From: Spirulina sp.
GTDB lineage: Bacteria > Cyanobacteriota > Cyanobacteriia > Phormidesmidales > Phormidesmidaceae
Reading direction: 5' to 3'
NCBI GenBank assembly: GCA_044070495.1
Contig: JBIPSI010000023.1
Span: 21,321 to 85,320, forward strand
DNA: 64,000 nt
Shown: piece after piece, positions 30,264 through 38,689 of the stretch
How positions within the stretch are numbered: position 1 is the stretch's first letter
Layout of the letters: each line of letters opens with the position of its first letter
The notes under the pieces: model-generated
Told to the model about the DNA's origin: nothing
Seen by the model: the letters and a program-made list of their open reading frames with translations, nothing else
Databases searched by the model: none
Program-made: the position numbers and the translations under genes

Positions 30264-30365
30264 GGGGAAATCTCTCCTTGAGGATGCTGGGGGGAATGTC
30301 CCTTGGGTCGTCTTCTACAGTACTGCATTCTTGGCCCGCCCAAAACGGGAGCCTGATGGGTGGGT

Positions 30366-30743
30366 TTAAACGCGCACCATAGGATCCGGTTGGCACTGTT
30401 TTAGGGTCAAGAGTTGCCGCTCTAGGGACTCTTCCAACCCTGTGACTAGCAGAATGCCGTGATCGCTGGTGGGGCTATCGGCGATCCAGGTGCCGGGGAG
30501 GGTAATTTCCAGCCAATCGGCATCGCACACCGTGATCGCCAACCCCAGGCGGCGAGCTGTTTTCACTAGGGACTCTACCCCTGCGTTCTGGGCAGGAAAG
30601 GGGAGCGATCCATGGCTGGCCTGCATCCAGAGCGGTTGTCCAGAACGCAGGGCCACTAAGCTCCGCTGGGCCACCACCGCCTCCACGGGCTGAGTGACTC
30701 CTTCAACAAACGGTTCAACATCGGAATAGGTAATTTTCAACAT
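30366..30743 (-). CDS. alr0857-family-like hypothetical protein
   Basis: MLKITY..., R..VALRSG, CDADWLE.TL.GTWIA...GI pattern recalled for this cyanobacterial family. Confidence 0.7.
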   Translation of the reverse strand: MLKITYSDVEPFVEGVTQPVEAVVAQRSLVALRSGQPLWMQASHGSLPFPAQNAGVESLVKTARRLGLAITVCDADWLEITLPGTWIADSPTSDHGILLVTGLEESLERQLLTLKQCQPDPMVRV

Positions 30744-30934
30744 GATCGGTCATGCCTAGGGCAAAAGTAAGGGCAAAAGAAGGACAAAAACGGCGCAGAT
30801 CGGGCCAAGGTCGAAGGGGCCGAAAACCCACTCGCTGCGCCAAAAAGGTTGAGCTAAAGAATTGAGCAAAAAGGGATTGGGCAAACTTGGGCAAGGTTGA
30901 GCAAGGTTGAGCGATTCAAGCTCGACCCCAGATC

Positions 30935-31062
30935 GATCCACGCAGCCATGGATTCACGCAGCCATGGATCCACGCAGCCATGGATTCACGCAGCCACCGA
31001 TCCATGGGGACATCGATTAACACAGACATCGATCCACACAGGCATCGATCCACGAAGCCCCC
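30935..31062. repeat. Non-coding tandem array, 8 x 16 bp (consensus GATYCACGCAGCCATG)
   Basis: Units start at 30935, 30951, 30967, 30983, 30999, 31015, 31031 and 31047; they degenerate rightwards. Confidence 0.92.
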
Positions 31063-31229
31063 GTAAACGCCTGTCGTCCAAGGTTGAGTGAACGGGATAT
31101 TAGGCCCAAGGGACACGGATCCGACGGGGACAAACTTCCCAGAGTGGCCGTTCCCGCTGGTGGGTCTCGCGATCCTTTCGTTGACCTAGCGGTGCCCTGC
31201 CATCGAAGACCAGAACACCCCGCCGAACG

Positions 31230-31718
31230 TCAACCGAGGCATAAACTGGCATAGTGCCCAAGCACGTCATGGCGATCCAGCCGCCCCCGTTGACTATCCA
31301 GGAGCCTTGAGGTTGCGTCGATCTGAGATCGATGCCCTAGGGTCTGAACCCTTAGGGCCTGAACCATTGGGGATCGAAGGCCCAAAAATTGGACGTTTAG
31401 GGATCGAATGCCTAGGGATTGAAGTCCCAGAAATTGAACCTTTATGGATCGAACGCCTAGGGATTGAAGTCCCAGGGATTGAGCCTTTAGGGATCGCAGT
31501 CCTAGGAATTGAACCTTTAGCCAAACCTTGAGAAATGCTCCGCCAGAAATGCCCAGGCGTGCCCCTAGGTCAGCCCGTTTAATCACCATGGGGCTAATCG
31601 TAGGAATCATCGTGGGGCCTGTAATTCGGAGATCTGCCACCCTAGCCAACTGGCGCAGACCATCCCGCAGTAGGGCGATGGCGATTGTAGCGAAGCCAGT
31701 GAACCAGGTACCTTTCAC
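31230..31718 (-). CDS. Hypothetical protein with ~13 five-residue repeats ([VLI][QR][SF]L[GK])
   Basis: GTG start with AAGGAG 7 nt upstream; 15-bp repeats kept in frame; first gene of the unit divergent from the RHH gene. Confidence 0.55.
   Translation of the reverse strand: MKGTWFTGFATIAIALLRDGLRQLARVADLRITGPTMIPTISPMVIKRADLGARLGISGGAFLKVWLKVQFLGLRSLKAQSLGLQSLGVRSIKVQFLGLQSLGIRSLNVQFLGLRSPMVQALRVQTLGHRSQIDATSRLLDSQRGRLDRHDVLGHYASLCLG
31325..31519. repeat. Tandem array, 13 x 15 bp (consensus GGGATYGAA.CYYTA) with a 45-bp higher-order period
   Basis: Read directly, e.g. GGGATCGAATGCCTA GGGATTGAAGTCCCA GAAATTGAACCTTTA recurring. Confidence 0.9.
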
Positions 31719-31826
31719 AGCAGAACTCCTTCAGCCCAGGGCCGTTGAGGAAATACGTGCACGGTGTCTCATTAGAACGCGCCTAGGCGACTCTGTCTAG
31801 TGGCGTTCCTAGTGACTTTCGTTAGC

Positions 31827-31889
31827 ACTGTAGATTTACCGAATTATGTCAATACTACACGCGTAATACAAAAGTGTCTAGACTATAAA
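31827..31889. promoter_or_regulatory. Divergent promoter region with candidate RHH operator sites
   Basis: Minus strand TGTAGTAT (31852-31859) overlaps TTGACA (31847-31852); related TGTATTAC at 31863-31870; palindrome GTCTAGAC at 31876-31883. Confidence 0.55.
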
Positions 31890-31942
31890 TGTTCTGGAAA
31901 TGTTCTGTTTATTGTGTTCTCGCCATGGAGGTGTGCTCCCCG

Positions 31943-32296
31943 ATGCCAACCCTAACTCGCGTTTCAACCTCTGATATGGAAGTCACCAGCATTCGCCTAG
32001 AGCGCTCGCTGAAGGAAAAGCTCAAGGCGATGGCAGGCGACCGGGGCTATCAGGCGTTGATTCGCGACATCCTCTGGCAATACGTAGAACACACCCCCGC
32101 CGCCCAAGTGGCTTCGTTACAACCCGAAGACATCTACGCCAGCTTTGCCGCTGTCTCCACCCACCCCCAAATCTGCGCCCTCACCGGAACCGCCATCCAA
32201 CCCCAGGAATCCATTCACCTAGGACTAACGGCCCAGGGCACCCTCGTTCCCCTCAGCCTGCCCGCCGCCGCCACCCTAGGCAACCCGCCCCAATAA
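31943..32296 (+). CDS. trcR: Ribbon-helix-helix transcriptional repressor, probable TrcR (All0854) orthologue
   Basis: DMEVTSIRLE..LKEKLK..AG..GYQALIRDILW.YV RHH domain; C-terminal CALTG..I motif; RBS GGAGG; divergent from an alr0857-like gene. Orthology is recalled, not searched. Confidence 0.65.
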   Translation: MPTLTRVSTSDMEVTSIRLERSLKEKLKAMAGDRGYQALIRDILWQYVEHTPAAQVASLQPEDIYASFAAVSTHPQICALTGTAIQPQESIHLGLTAQGTLVPLSLPAAATLGNPPQ

Positions 32297-32324
32297 CCAG
32301 TAACCAATAACCAGCAACCAATAA
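32290..32324. repeat. STRR-type heptamer tandem repeat (CCARYAA x5)
   Basis: CCAATAA CCAGTAA CCAATAA CCAGCAA CCAATAA; supplies the RHH gene stop. Confidence 0.85.
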
Positions 32325-32454
32325 CCACCCCCCAAAACCCTTTAGCTTTTCTAAAGAACCCCCGGTGCCGCCCCATCCCTTTTTAAGATGATTATCCCCA
32401 GGTTAAAAACGAGGTTACCTCCCTGGGTAATGCCGTGAGATGAGGAACGGGCCG

Positions 32455-34464
32455 ATGTGTGGGATTGGCGGTGTGATGTATGCGGATCCAAACCATCCTG
32501 TAGATCCAAAGATCTTAGTGGGGATGGCCGCCATTCAGTACCACCGAGGCCCGGATGGCTTTGGCTACGACATCGTGCCGGATCGAGGGGTGGGGTTTGC
32601 CCATGCGCGGCTGTCGATTATTGACCTAGACCCAGAGCGGGGGCGGCAACCCTTTCGATCCGCCGATGGCCAGTTTTTGATTGCCCACAACGGCGAATTT
32701 TACGACTACAAACGCCTGCGGGCCGACCTCACCTCGCGGGGCTACCGCTTTCGCACCAAAAGCGACACGGAACTGCTGCTGCACCTCACCGACCGCTTTG
32801 GCCTAGAGGGTGCCCTGCCCCACCTGCGGGGGGAGTTTGCCTTTGCGGTCTACGAACGACAAGCGGATCGGCTGAGCCTGGTGCGAGATCGGTTTGGGGT
32901 GAAGCCGTTGTATTGGTGCCTGACGCCGGAGGGGTTGGTGTTTGGCTCGGAGATTAAGGTGGTGCTGGCCCATCCGGCGGTGAAGGCGCGGTTTGCGGCG
33001 GCGGGGCTGTATCACCAGTTGATGCAGACCATGGTTCCTGGCACCACGGCCTTTGAGGGCATCTATGCGGTGGAACCGGGGCAGCGGGTGATCGTACAGC
33101 GGCGGCAGGGGAAACTGGAGGTACGCACCGAATCCTACTGGGATTTGAACTTTCCGCTGATGGGTACCCGCCCCCAGCGCAGCGACGAAGACTGCATCGA
33201 AGAACTACGCCAGCGCTTTGTGGAGGCCATCCAACTGCGCCTAGAGGCCGATGTGCCCGTGGCCTGCTACCTGTCGGGGGGGATTGATTCCTGCTCGATT
33301 TTGGGCATCGCCGCCGCCTGTCAGCAGGCTCCGGTCAAAGCCTTCACCATCGGCTTCGACGACAGCGACTACGACGAAACCGCCATCGCCCAGGAAATGG
33401 CCGCCGCCGTGGGGGCCGACCAAGACATTCTGCGGGTGGATGGTACCCAGCTTTATGACCACTTTGCCCGTACCCTCTGGCACACCGAACGCAGCATCTA
33501 CAACACCTTCACCGTAGCCAAGTTGCTGATGAGCGAGCATGTGCATCGGGCGGGCTACAAGGTGGTGGTCACCGGAGAGGGGTCGGACGAACTGTTTGCG
33601 GGCTACCCCCAACTGCGGCTGGATATGATTCGCCACGGCATGGCCCAGGCCAGCGAGGCCGAGCGGGCCGATTTAGAATCCTGGCTAGCGGAAAGCAACA
33701 AGCTGTTTAAAGGCAACCTGCTAGCCGAAACGCCCCTAGAGGATGCCGCCCTCACCGAGGTGGTGGGGTTCACCCCCAGTTGTCTGCAATCTTGGCTGGG
33801 GTCGGCCCACTATGCCGAAACCCTGATCCATCCCGATTATCGTCAACCCCTGAAAGACTACGCCCCCGGTGCCGCCATTGCCGCCACCCTGCGGGCCGAC
33901 CAACTGCAAGATCGCCACCCCCTCGACAAGGCCCAATACGTGTGGATTAAGACCCAGTTTGAATCCCAGGTGTTGGGCTGGGCCGGAGACCGGGTGGATA
34001 TGGCCAATTCCATGGAGGCGCGTCCCGCCTTTTTGGATCATCCCCTGGTGGAGTTTGCCGTGACCCTGCCGCCCAACCTGCGCCTGCGGGGCCACCAAGA
34101 CAAATACATCCTGCGGGAAACCATGCGGGATCTCCTACCCGAAACCCTCTACAAACGCCAGAAATTTGCCTTCATGGCTCCCCCCTCCCACACCGACCAG
34201 GTGAAACAGCGGGCCATGCAAACTCTGGCCGATCAGTACCTCAGCCCGGAGGCGGTGGGTAAGGCCGGACTGCTTGACCACGCCGCCGTGCAGGGCGTCC
34301 TACAGCAACACCGCACCGAAACTACCCCCGTCGCCGAACGGGTGCAGCTCGATGCGGTAATTAACCACATGCTGAGCGTGCAGATTCTCCACCAGCACTT
34401 TGTCGCCCAGGATATCCCAGCGGTGGCCCAAGCCCAGGCCCAGCGGTTGGGCTGGCAACCCTAG
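32455..34464 (+). CDS. asnB: Asparagine synthase (glutamine-hydrolysing) family amidotransferase
   Basis: MCGI start, HRGPD, HARLSIID, HNGE.Y, RDRFGVKPL, LSGGIDS, GEGSDELFAGY. Confidence 0.93.
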   Translation: MCGIGGVMYADPNHPVDPKILVGMAAIQYHRGPDGFGYDIVPDRGVGFAHARLSIIDLDPERGRQPFRSADGQFLIAHNGEFYDYKRLRADLTSRGYRFRTKSDTELLLHLTDRFGLEGALPHLRGEFAFAVYERQADRLSLVRDRFGVKPLYWCLTPEGLVFGSEIKVVLAHPAVKARFAAAGLYHQLMQTMVPGTTAFEGIYAVEPGQRVIVQRRQGKLEVRTESYWDLNFPLMGTRPQRSDEDCIEELRQRFVEAIQLRLEADVPVACYLSGGIDSCSILGIAAACQQAPVKAFTIGFDDSDYDETAIAQEMAAAVGADQDILRVDGTQLYDHFARTLWHTERSIYNTFTVAKLLMSEHVHRAGYKVVVTGEGSDELFAGYPQLRLDMIRHGMAQASEAERADLESWLAESNKLFKGNLLAETPLEDAALTEVVGFTPSCLQSWLGSAHYAETLIHPDYRQPLKDYAPGAAIAATLRADQLQDRHPLDKAQYVWIKTQFESQVLGWAGDRVDMANSMEARPAFLDHPLVEFAVTLPPNLRLRGHQDKYILRETMRDLLPETLYKRQKFAFMAPPSHTDQVKQRAMQTLADQYLSPEAVGKAGLLDHAAVQGVLQQHRTETTPVAERVQLDAVINHMLSVQILHQHFVAQDIPAVAQAQAQRLGWQP

Positions 34465-34570
34465 GTCAAGCCTCAGTAGATCACAAACACGCTCTTTTGC
34501 CGTGATCCAGCACTTACCCTTGGGGAGAGGGACTTTGAAAACCGTTTCCGGCTCCCTTCTTCCTCCTGAG

Positions 34571-34735
34571 CTACTGTGTATACACATCTTGTTTTCATGC
34601 CGCAAGTCCTCGGAGATCCCCCTAAATCCCCCTTAAAAAGGGGGACTTTGAATCCGGTTCCCCCCTTTTTAAGGGGGGCTAGGGGGGATCAATTCCCTAT
34701 GTCGTATACGTCAAAGACTTGTGCGTACACAGTAG
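34571..34735. mobile_element. MITE-like element (165 bp) with ~19-bp imperfect TIRs and an internal G/C-run palindromic repeat
   Basis: Ends CTACTGTGTATACACATCT ... ACTTGTGCGTACACAGTAG; inner GATCCCCCTAAATCCCCCTTAAAAAGGGGG...CCCCCCTTTTTAAGGGGGGCTAGGGGGGATC; no target-site duplication seen. Confidence 0.75.
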
Positions 34736-34774
34736 TCCCTACGGGTGGATGGGTTGGGGGGATGGGGTTTAGGA

Positions 34775-35302
34775 TTAGCCTTGGCCAGCGGCGGCGGTGG
34801 CGGGGAGTTTGGCTTCGACCGTTTGGCCGCTGTGGACGACCATCACCGAGCAAGCGGAATGGTGCATAACATGGTTGCTGACGCTGCCCAGCAGCAGTTC
34901 GCCCAGCCCTTTACGGCCATGGCTCCCCACCACAATTAAGTCGGCTTCCCAGGATTTGGCCACGGCGCAAATGGTGGTGGCCGGATCACCTGCCGCTTGG
35001 GAAAATTCGGCTTCTACCCCAGCGGCCTTGGCGAGGTCAGCCTCCCGTTGCAGCATGGCGAGACGGTTGGATTCAAAGGTTTCCCAGCGTTTTTGGTAGT
35101 CCTTCCACACAGCATCATCCAGCACCGGATAGTAGGCCTGATAGGAGCGAATGGGAATGCCCGGACTACCTTCTTCGTAGGCCGACAGCACATGGAGCAG
35201 CATCAAATTGGCTCCGGTGGCCTGGGCTAAATCCAAGGCTTGCTCAAACACCGTTTGCCGTAGGGACGAGCTATCTAGGGCCACAAGAATGCGTTTAAAC
35301 AT
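34775..35302 (-). CDS. Universal stress protein
   Basis: FKRILVALD, GDP...I, ADLIVVGSHGR.GL.ELLLGSVS..V.HH..CSVMVV. Confidence 0.93.
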   Translation of the reverse strand: MFKRILVALDSSSLRQTVFEQALDLAQATGANLMLLHVLSAYEEGSPGIPIRSYQAYYPVLDDAVWKDYQKRWETFESNRLAMLQREADLAKAAGVEAEFSQAAGDPATTICAVAKSWEADLIVVGSHGRKGLGELLLGSVSNHVMHHSACSVMVVHSGQTVEAKLPATAAAGQG

Positions 35303-35573
35303 GGTGAGTCTCCTCTGCTTCTAGTAGCCCGCTTTCCTAGTTGCTCTGAACTGAAGCGATGAAACCAGGGAAACACCAGCGGTAAACCACCAGCGGTAGA
35401 GAACCAGAGCCAGGGGCCGTAGGCTATGTCTTTATTATAAAAAATGCCCCTAGGGTATCCCCCAGGGCTTAACAATGCCGCAACAAAGCCAAAGTTCAAA
35501 GGCCAAGAACCGTCGGTGCTAACATTGCCCGTTACCTCAACTCCGCTGAGGCGTTCCCTGCCTAGGTGGTAAC

Positions 35574-35703
35574 CCAGTTGACTGACAAAACTTGCTAGAA
35601 CCTACATCTGACAAAGGGGCAGGAGACCTGACCCCTACATGAAACCAATCCTGTAGGGGCGCGGTTTTCGCGCCCGACGCAGCATCTTTTGTCAGTCAGC
35701 TAG
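35574..35703. mobile_element. MITE (130 bp) with 17-bp TIRs, 9-bp target-site duplication and two internal GTAG-REPs
   Basis: TIRs CCAGTTGACTGACAAAA / TTTTGTCAGTCAGCTAG; flanking direct repeat GGTGGTAAC at 35565-35573 and 35704-35712. Confidence 0.88.
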
Positions 35704-35720
35704 GGTGGTAACAGAAGAGC

Positions 35721-36212
35721 CTAGCGATAGTTGGTAAATTGCAGCGCTACGGGCCATTCTTCCTGCTTCACCAACTGCATGGCCTGTTGTAGGTCATCTT
35801 TAGATTTACCCGATACCCGCACGGCATCGCCCTGGATGGAGGCGGTGACTTTTTTGAGGTTGTCGCGGATGAGCTTGGAGACCTGCTTGGCAATGTCTTG
35901 GCTCATGCCTTTCTTAAGGGTGATCTGCTGGCGCACTCGGTTGCCGCTGGCGGATTCCACCGTACCATAGTCAAAAATTTTCAGGGAAAGATCCCGCTTT
36001 GCCGCCTTTTGGTGCATTAGCTCCTTCACCGAATCCAGGCTCATCTGGCTGGCGGTTTCGATGGTGATGGTGTCGTTACTGAGGTCGATGCTGGTTTTGC
36101 TGTCTTTTAGGTCGTAGCGGCTGGTGACATCGCGGCGGGTTTGGTCGAGGGCGTTGACCAGTTCTTGGCGATCAAAATCGCTGACAATATCAAAGGAAAA
36201 CGTAGAGGCCAT
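35721..36212 (-). CDS. yajQ: YajQ-family nucleotide-binding protein
   Basis: [44 protein letters not shown]. Confidence 0.95.
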   Translation of the reverse strand: MASTFSFDIVSDFDRQELVNALDQTRRDVTSRYDLKDSKTSIDLSNDTITIETASQMSLDSVKELMHQKAAKRDLSLKIFDYGTVESASGNRVRQQITLKKGMSQDIAKQVSKLIRDNLKKVTASIQGDAVRVSGKSKDDLQQAMQLVKQEEWPVALQFTNYR

Positions 36213-36279
36213 CGTGGAGGGTCTCCCAAATACAAACAGTTTTTATCAATCAGAATCAATTAGACGAGTCAAGAACAGC

Positions 36280-36684
36280 CTACAGGAAGGCCGAGCGACA
36301 ACTCAAGACATAGAGGGTAATGGTGCCCAAGTTGGCCAAGCCAAACATCAGGGAACGCAGGGCGGGCACATTGGCAATGTAGAACACCGGATACAGCGCT
36401 CTGGCCACCAGATAGACCACCGCCGCCCCCAGAGCCACCGTAGACTGCTGCTGGGTGATGTAGGCCATTAGTGCCGCCGGGGTAAAGAGAATCATCGATT
36501 CAAAGGCGTTTTCGTGGGCCCAGGTGGCCCGTTGGGCATAGGGGGGCAGCTTGGCCAGCATGGCGCGGGGGGCCGATTGGTCGTAGCCCACCTTGAAGCG
36601 GGCATAGCCCACCGCAAAGAAGGGCACGTACACAAGCACCGCCGCGAGGGCAATACTAAGCAGGAGAAAACCGGGCATTGCCAT
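36280..36684 (-). CDS. MAPEG-family membrane protein
   Basis: RA.WAH.N.FE motif, several TM helices, AR..YP..YI. Confidence 0.88.
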   Translation of the reverse strand: MAMPGFLLLSIALAAVLVYVPFFAVGYARFKVGYDQSAPRAMLAKLPPYAQRATWAHENAFESMILFTPAALMAYITQQQSTVALGAAVVYLVARALYPVFYIANVPALRSLMFGLANLGTITLYVLSCRSAFL

Positions 36685-36733
36685 GACGATTCCCTAATTG
36701 AAGTAAGACAGCGTTGTTAAGTGGGCCATACTC

Positions 36734-36785
36734 GGTGGGCAATGCCCTACCAAAAGCTATATTCGGTGGGCAGTGCCCACCCTAC
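36734..36785. repeat. REP doublet (GTAGGGTGGGCACTGCCCACC family)
   Basis: 36765-36785 is the exact reverse complement of 43981-44001; a degenerate copy lies at 36734-36751. Confidence 0.8.
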
Positions 36786-36801
36786 CGAGATTGCTTGTTT
36801 C

Positions 36802-37305
36802 CTAATCGAAGTAAAACAGGGTCACAATTTTGCGCTGGTCTTCGGCGTCTTGGCAGGTGCGTAGCAGGGTGTGGCTGTCGTGGAAGGCAAAGCAGATCAG
36901 CTGTTGACAGCGGGAGATAATTTCTTGGTTGCAGATAGAGCTGGCCTCCGCCAGGGAGAGTACGTCGTTGGAGGGATTTTCCACCAAATGCATGACATCC
37001 TCTAACTGCTCCCGCGACTCACGGGGCTGACGCTCCAGGCTTTGGGGCAAAATCACCGTGAGCAGGTTGGGATCGGCCTTCATCGCCCCCCGAATGGCCG
37101 CTGAGTTGGTGCCCGTTGCGCCGGAGGTAATCACCCGATTGCCGCCTAAGACCAGGGCGTAGGTCATCAACTCGATGAGCTGCTGATGGGTGATGGGCAC
37201 ATGGCGCGACCCAAGAATGGCCACCCGCTTAGAACCGGACTGTTGAATGGCGGCCAGTTCCTGGAGGAATGTATCGACTTTGGAGGCTTCGATGGACTGA
37301 CTCAA
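36802..37305 (-). CDS. DprA/SMF-like Rossmann-fold (SLOG) protein
   Basis: VAILGSRH, ITSGATGTN.AAIRGA, LTVILPQSL, CFAFHDS. Confidence 0.78.
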   Translation of the reverse strand: MSQSIEASKVDTFLQELAAIQQSGSKRVAILGSRHVPITHQQLIELMTYALVLGGNRVITSGATGTNSAAIRGAMKADPNLLTVILPQSLERQPRESREQLEDVMHLVENPSNDVLSLAEASSICNQEIISRCQQLICFAFHDSHTLLRTCQDAEDQRKIVTLFYFD

Positions 37306-37387
37306 CGACTACACCAATTAGGAGAAGACGGGCTTCATTGTATCAGACCCCCGTTCTCCCTGGGCAGGCCCACCGGGGAGATTGCCC

Positions 37388-38479
37388 CTAGCCCGCCGAG
37401 ACAGGCAGTTTCAGGTCAATCAGGCTGAGTAGGCGATCTAGATCGAGGTGATTGGCTACCAAATCCTGCACACACTGCACCTTAACGGGCTGATGTAGGC
37501 GCACTTGGCCAAACAGTTCGTCGATGCGCTCCACGGTGGAGAGGGTGTCGGAATCCACCGCCATAATGGGAATTTCCAGGTCGGTGGCCCGCTCTAGGAT
37601 GGCGGGGATGGGCGGAATTTGCCCTGTCAGCACCAGGCACTGGGTGGAGGTTTCGAGGGCGGCAAACTGAATATCGGTGCGGTCGCCCCCGGTGACCACG
37701 GCCATGTTTAGCCCCTTACGGAAGTAACGCAGGGCCGAGTTAACGTTCATCGCCCCAATGGTGAGGGTTTCCACCATCAGTTCCATGCGGTCGGGGCAGC
37801 AAAGAATTTCAGCGTGTAGTCGCTCCACAATTTCGCCCACAGTGATGCTCCGCATAATGGGGGATCGCGGAAACAGCGCCAGCACCGGAATCCCCTGCTG
37901 CTCTAGGAAGGGCTTGGTAACCTGATGGGCCATCTCTAGGCTGTCATCGGGCACATCGTTGAGGATGACCCCCACCAAATGGTGGTTCAGTTGGGCCTTG
38001 GCAGACAGCAGCCGATCCACCAGCAGCGGCGAGTCGTAACGGGTGACGAGCAGAACGGGGGCATCCAGGGCGGCGGCCATGTGAGGCAAGGACAGATGGA
38101 GCATCGTGCCCTCGGTCAGGTTGCCGGGGCCTTCTAGCAGCAGCAGCGATTCCCCTTGGTTTTGGCCGTAGGGGGTGAGGCTATAGTCGGCCCTCTCGTC
38201 TAGGGTCAGGCGTTCGCCCACCGTGGCTTCGGTCAGGGAGGTGACGGGGGGATAGTAGCGGTTGGCAGAGAGCTTTAGGGTCTCCACAATGAAGTCAAGG
38301 TCGGGATCGAGGGCGGCCTGGCCCACGGCACTGCCCAGGGGTTTACCAAAGGCAATATCCAAACCCATGGCCTGAAGTTGCAGCCCGATACCCAGGATGG
38401 CTGCCGACTTGCCACTATAAGGCTCGGTCGATCCAATCAACAAATGCTTTGAACTGGGCACGCCATCACTCCTTACCAT
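37388..38479 (-). CDS. Phosphotransacetylase N-terminal (BioD-like + DRTGG) family protein
   Basis: STEPYSGKS, FGKPLG, LLEGPG, IGAM, VTGGDR.DIQ.AALE. Confidence 0.85.
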   Translation of the reverse strand: MVRSDGVPSSKHLLIGSTEPYSGKSAAILGIGLQLQAMGLDIAFGKPLGSAVGQAALDPDLDFIVETLKLSANRYYPPVTSLTEATVGERLTLDERADYSLTPYGQNQGESLLLLEGPGNLTEGTMLHLSLPHMAAALDAPVLLVTRYDSPLLVDRLLSAKAQLNHHLVGVILNDVPDDSLEMAHQVTKPFLEQQGIPVLALFPRSPIMRSITVGEIVERLHAEILCCPDRMELMVETLTIGAMNVNSALRYFRKGLNMAVVTGGDRTDIQFAALETSTQCLVLTGQIPPIPAILERATDLEIPIMAVDSDTLSTVERIDELFGQVRLHQPVKVQCVQDLVANHLDLDRLLSLIDLKLPVSAG

Positions 38480-38689
38480 CGGGGGAACCGTTTATTCTCT
38501 AGGGTAGACCAAACCATGCCCCTGACAATACCCACCCCATTTCCCCGACTCAGAACAAGGCTCCAACGGCTGAGGCTTACCTGAACGCTAAGGGCCATTA
38601 TCCCCACCGCGAACCACAACAATAACGCCCAGGGGCATCAGACCCTTGGGAATCCCGGTAAGCGGTGGCTTGGGGTGGAGAGAATCGCC

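Noticed and set aside
30935..31519. Possible CRISPR array
   Set aside because: Units are contiguous 15- or 16-bp repeats with no unique spacers, and no cas genes are in the window.
32455..34464. asnB as part of a lasso-peptide or other secondary-metabolite cluster
   Set aside because: It has an intact glutaminase domain and no neighbouring precursor, peptidase or NRPS/PKS genes.
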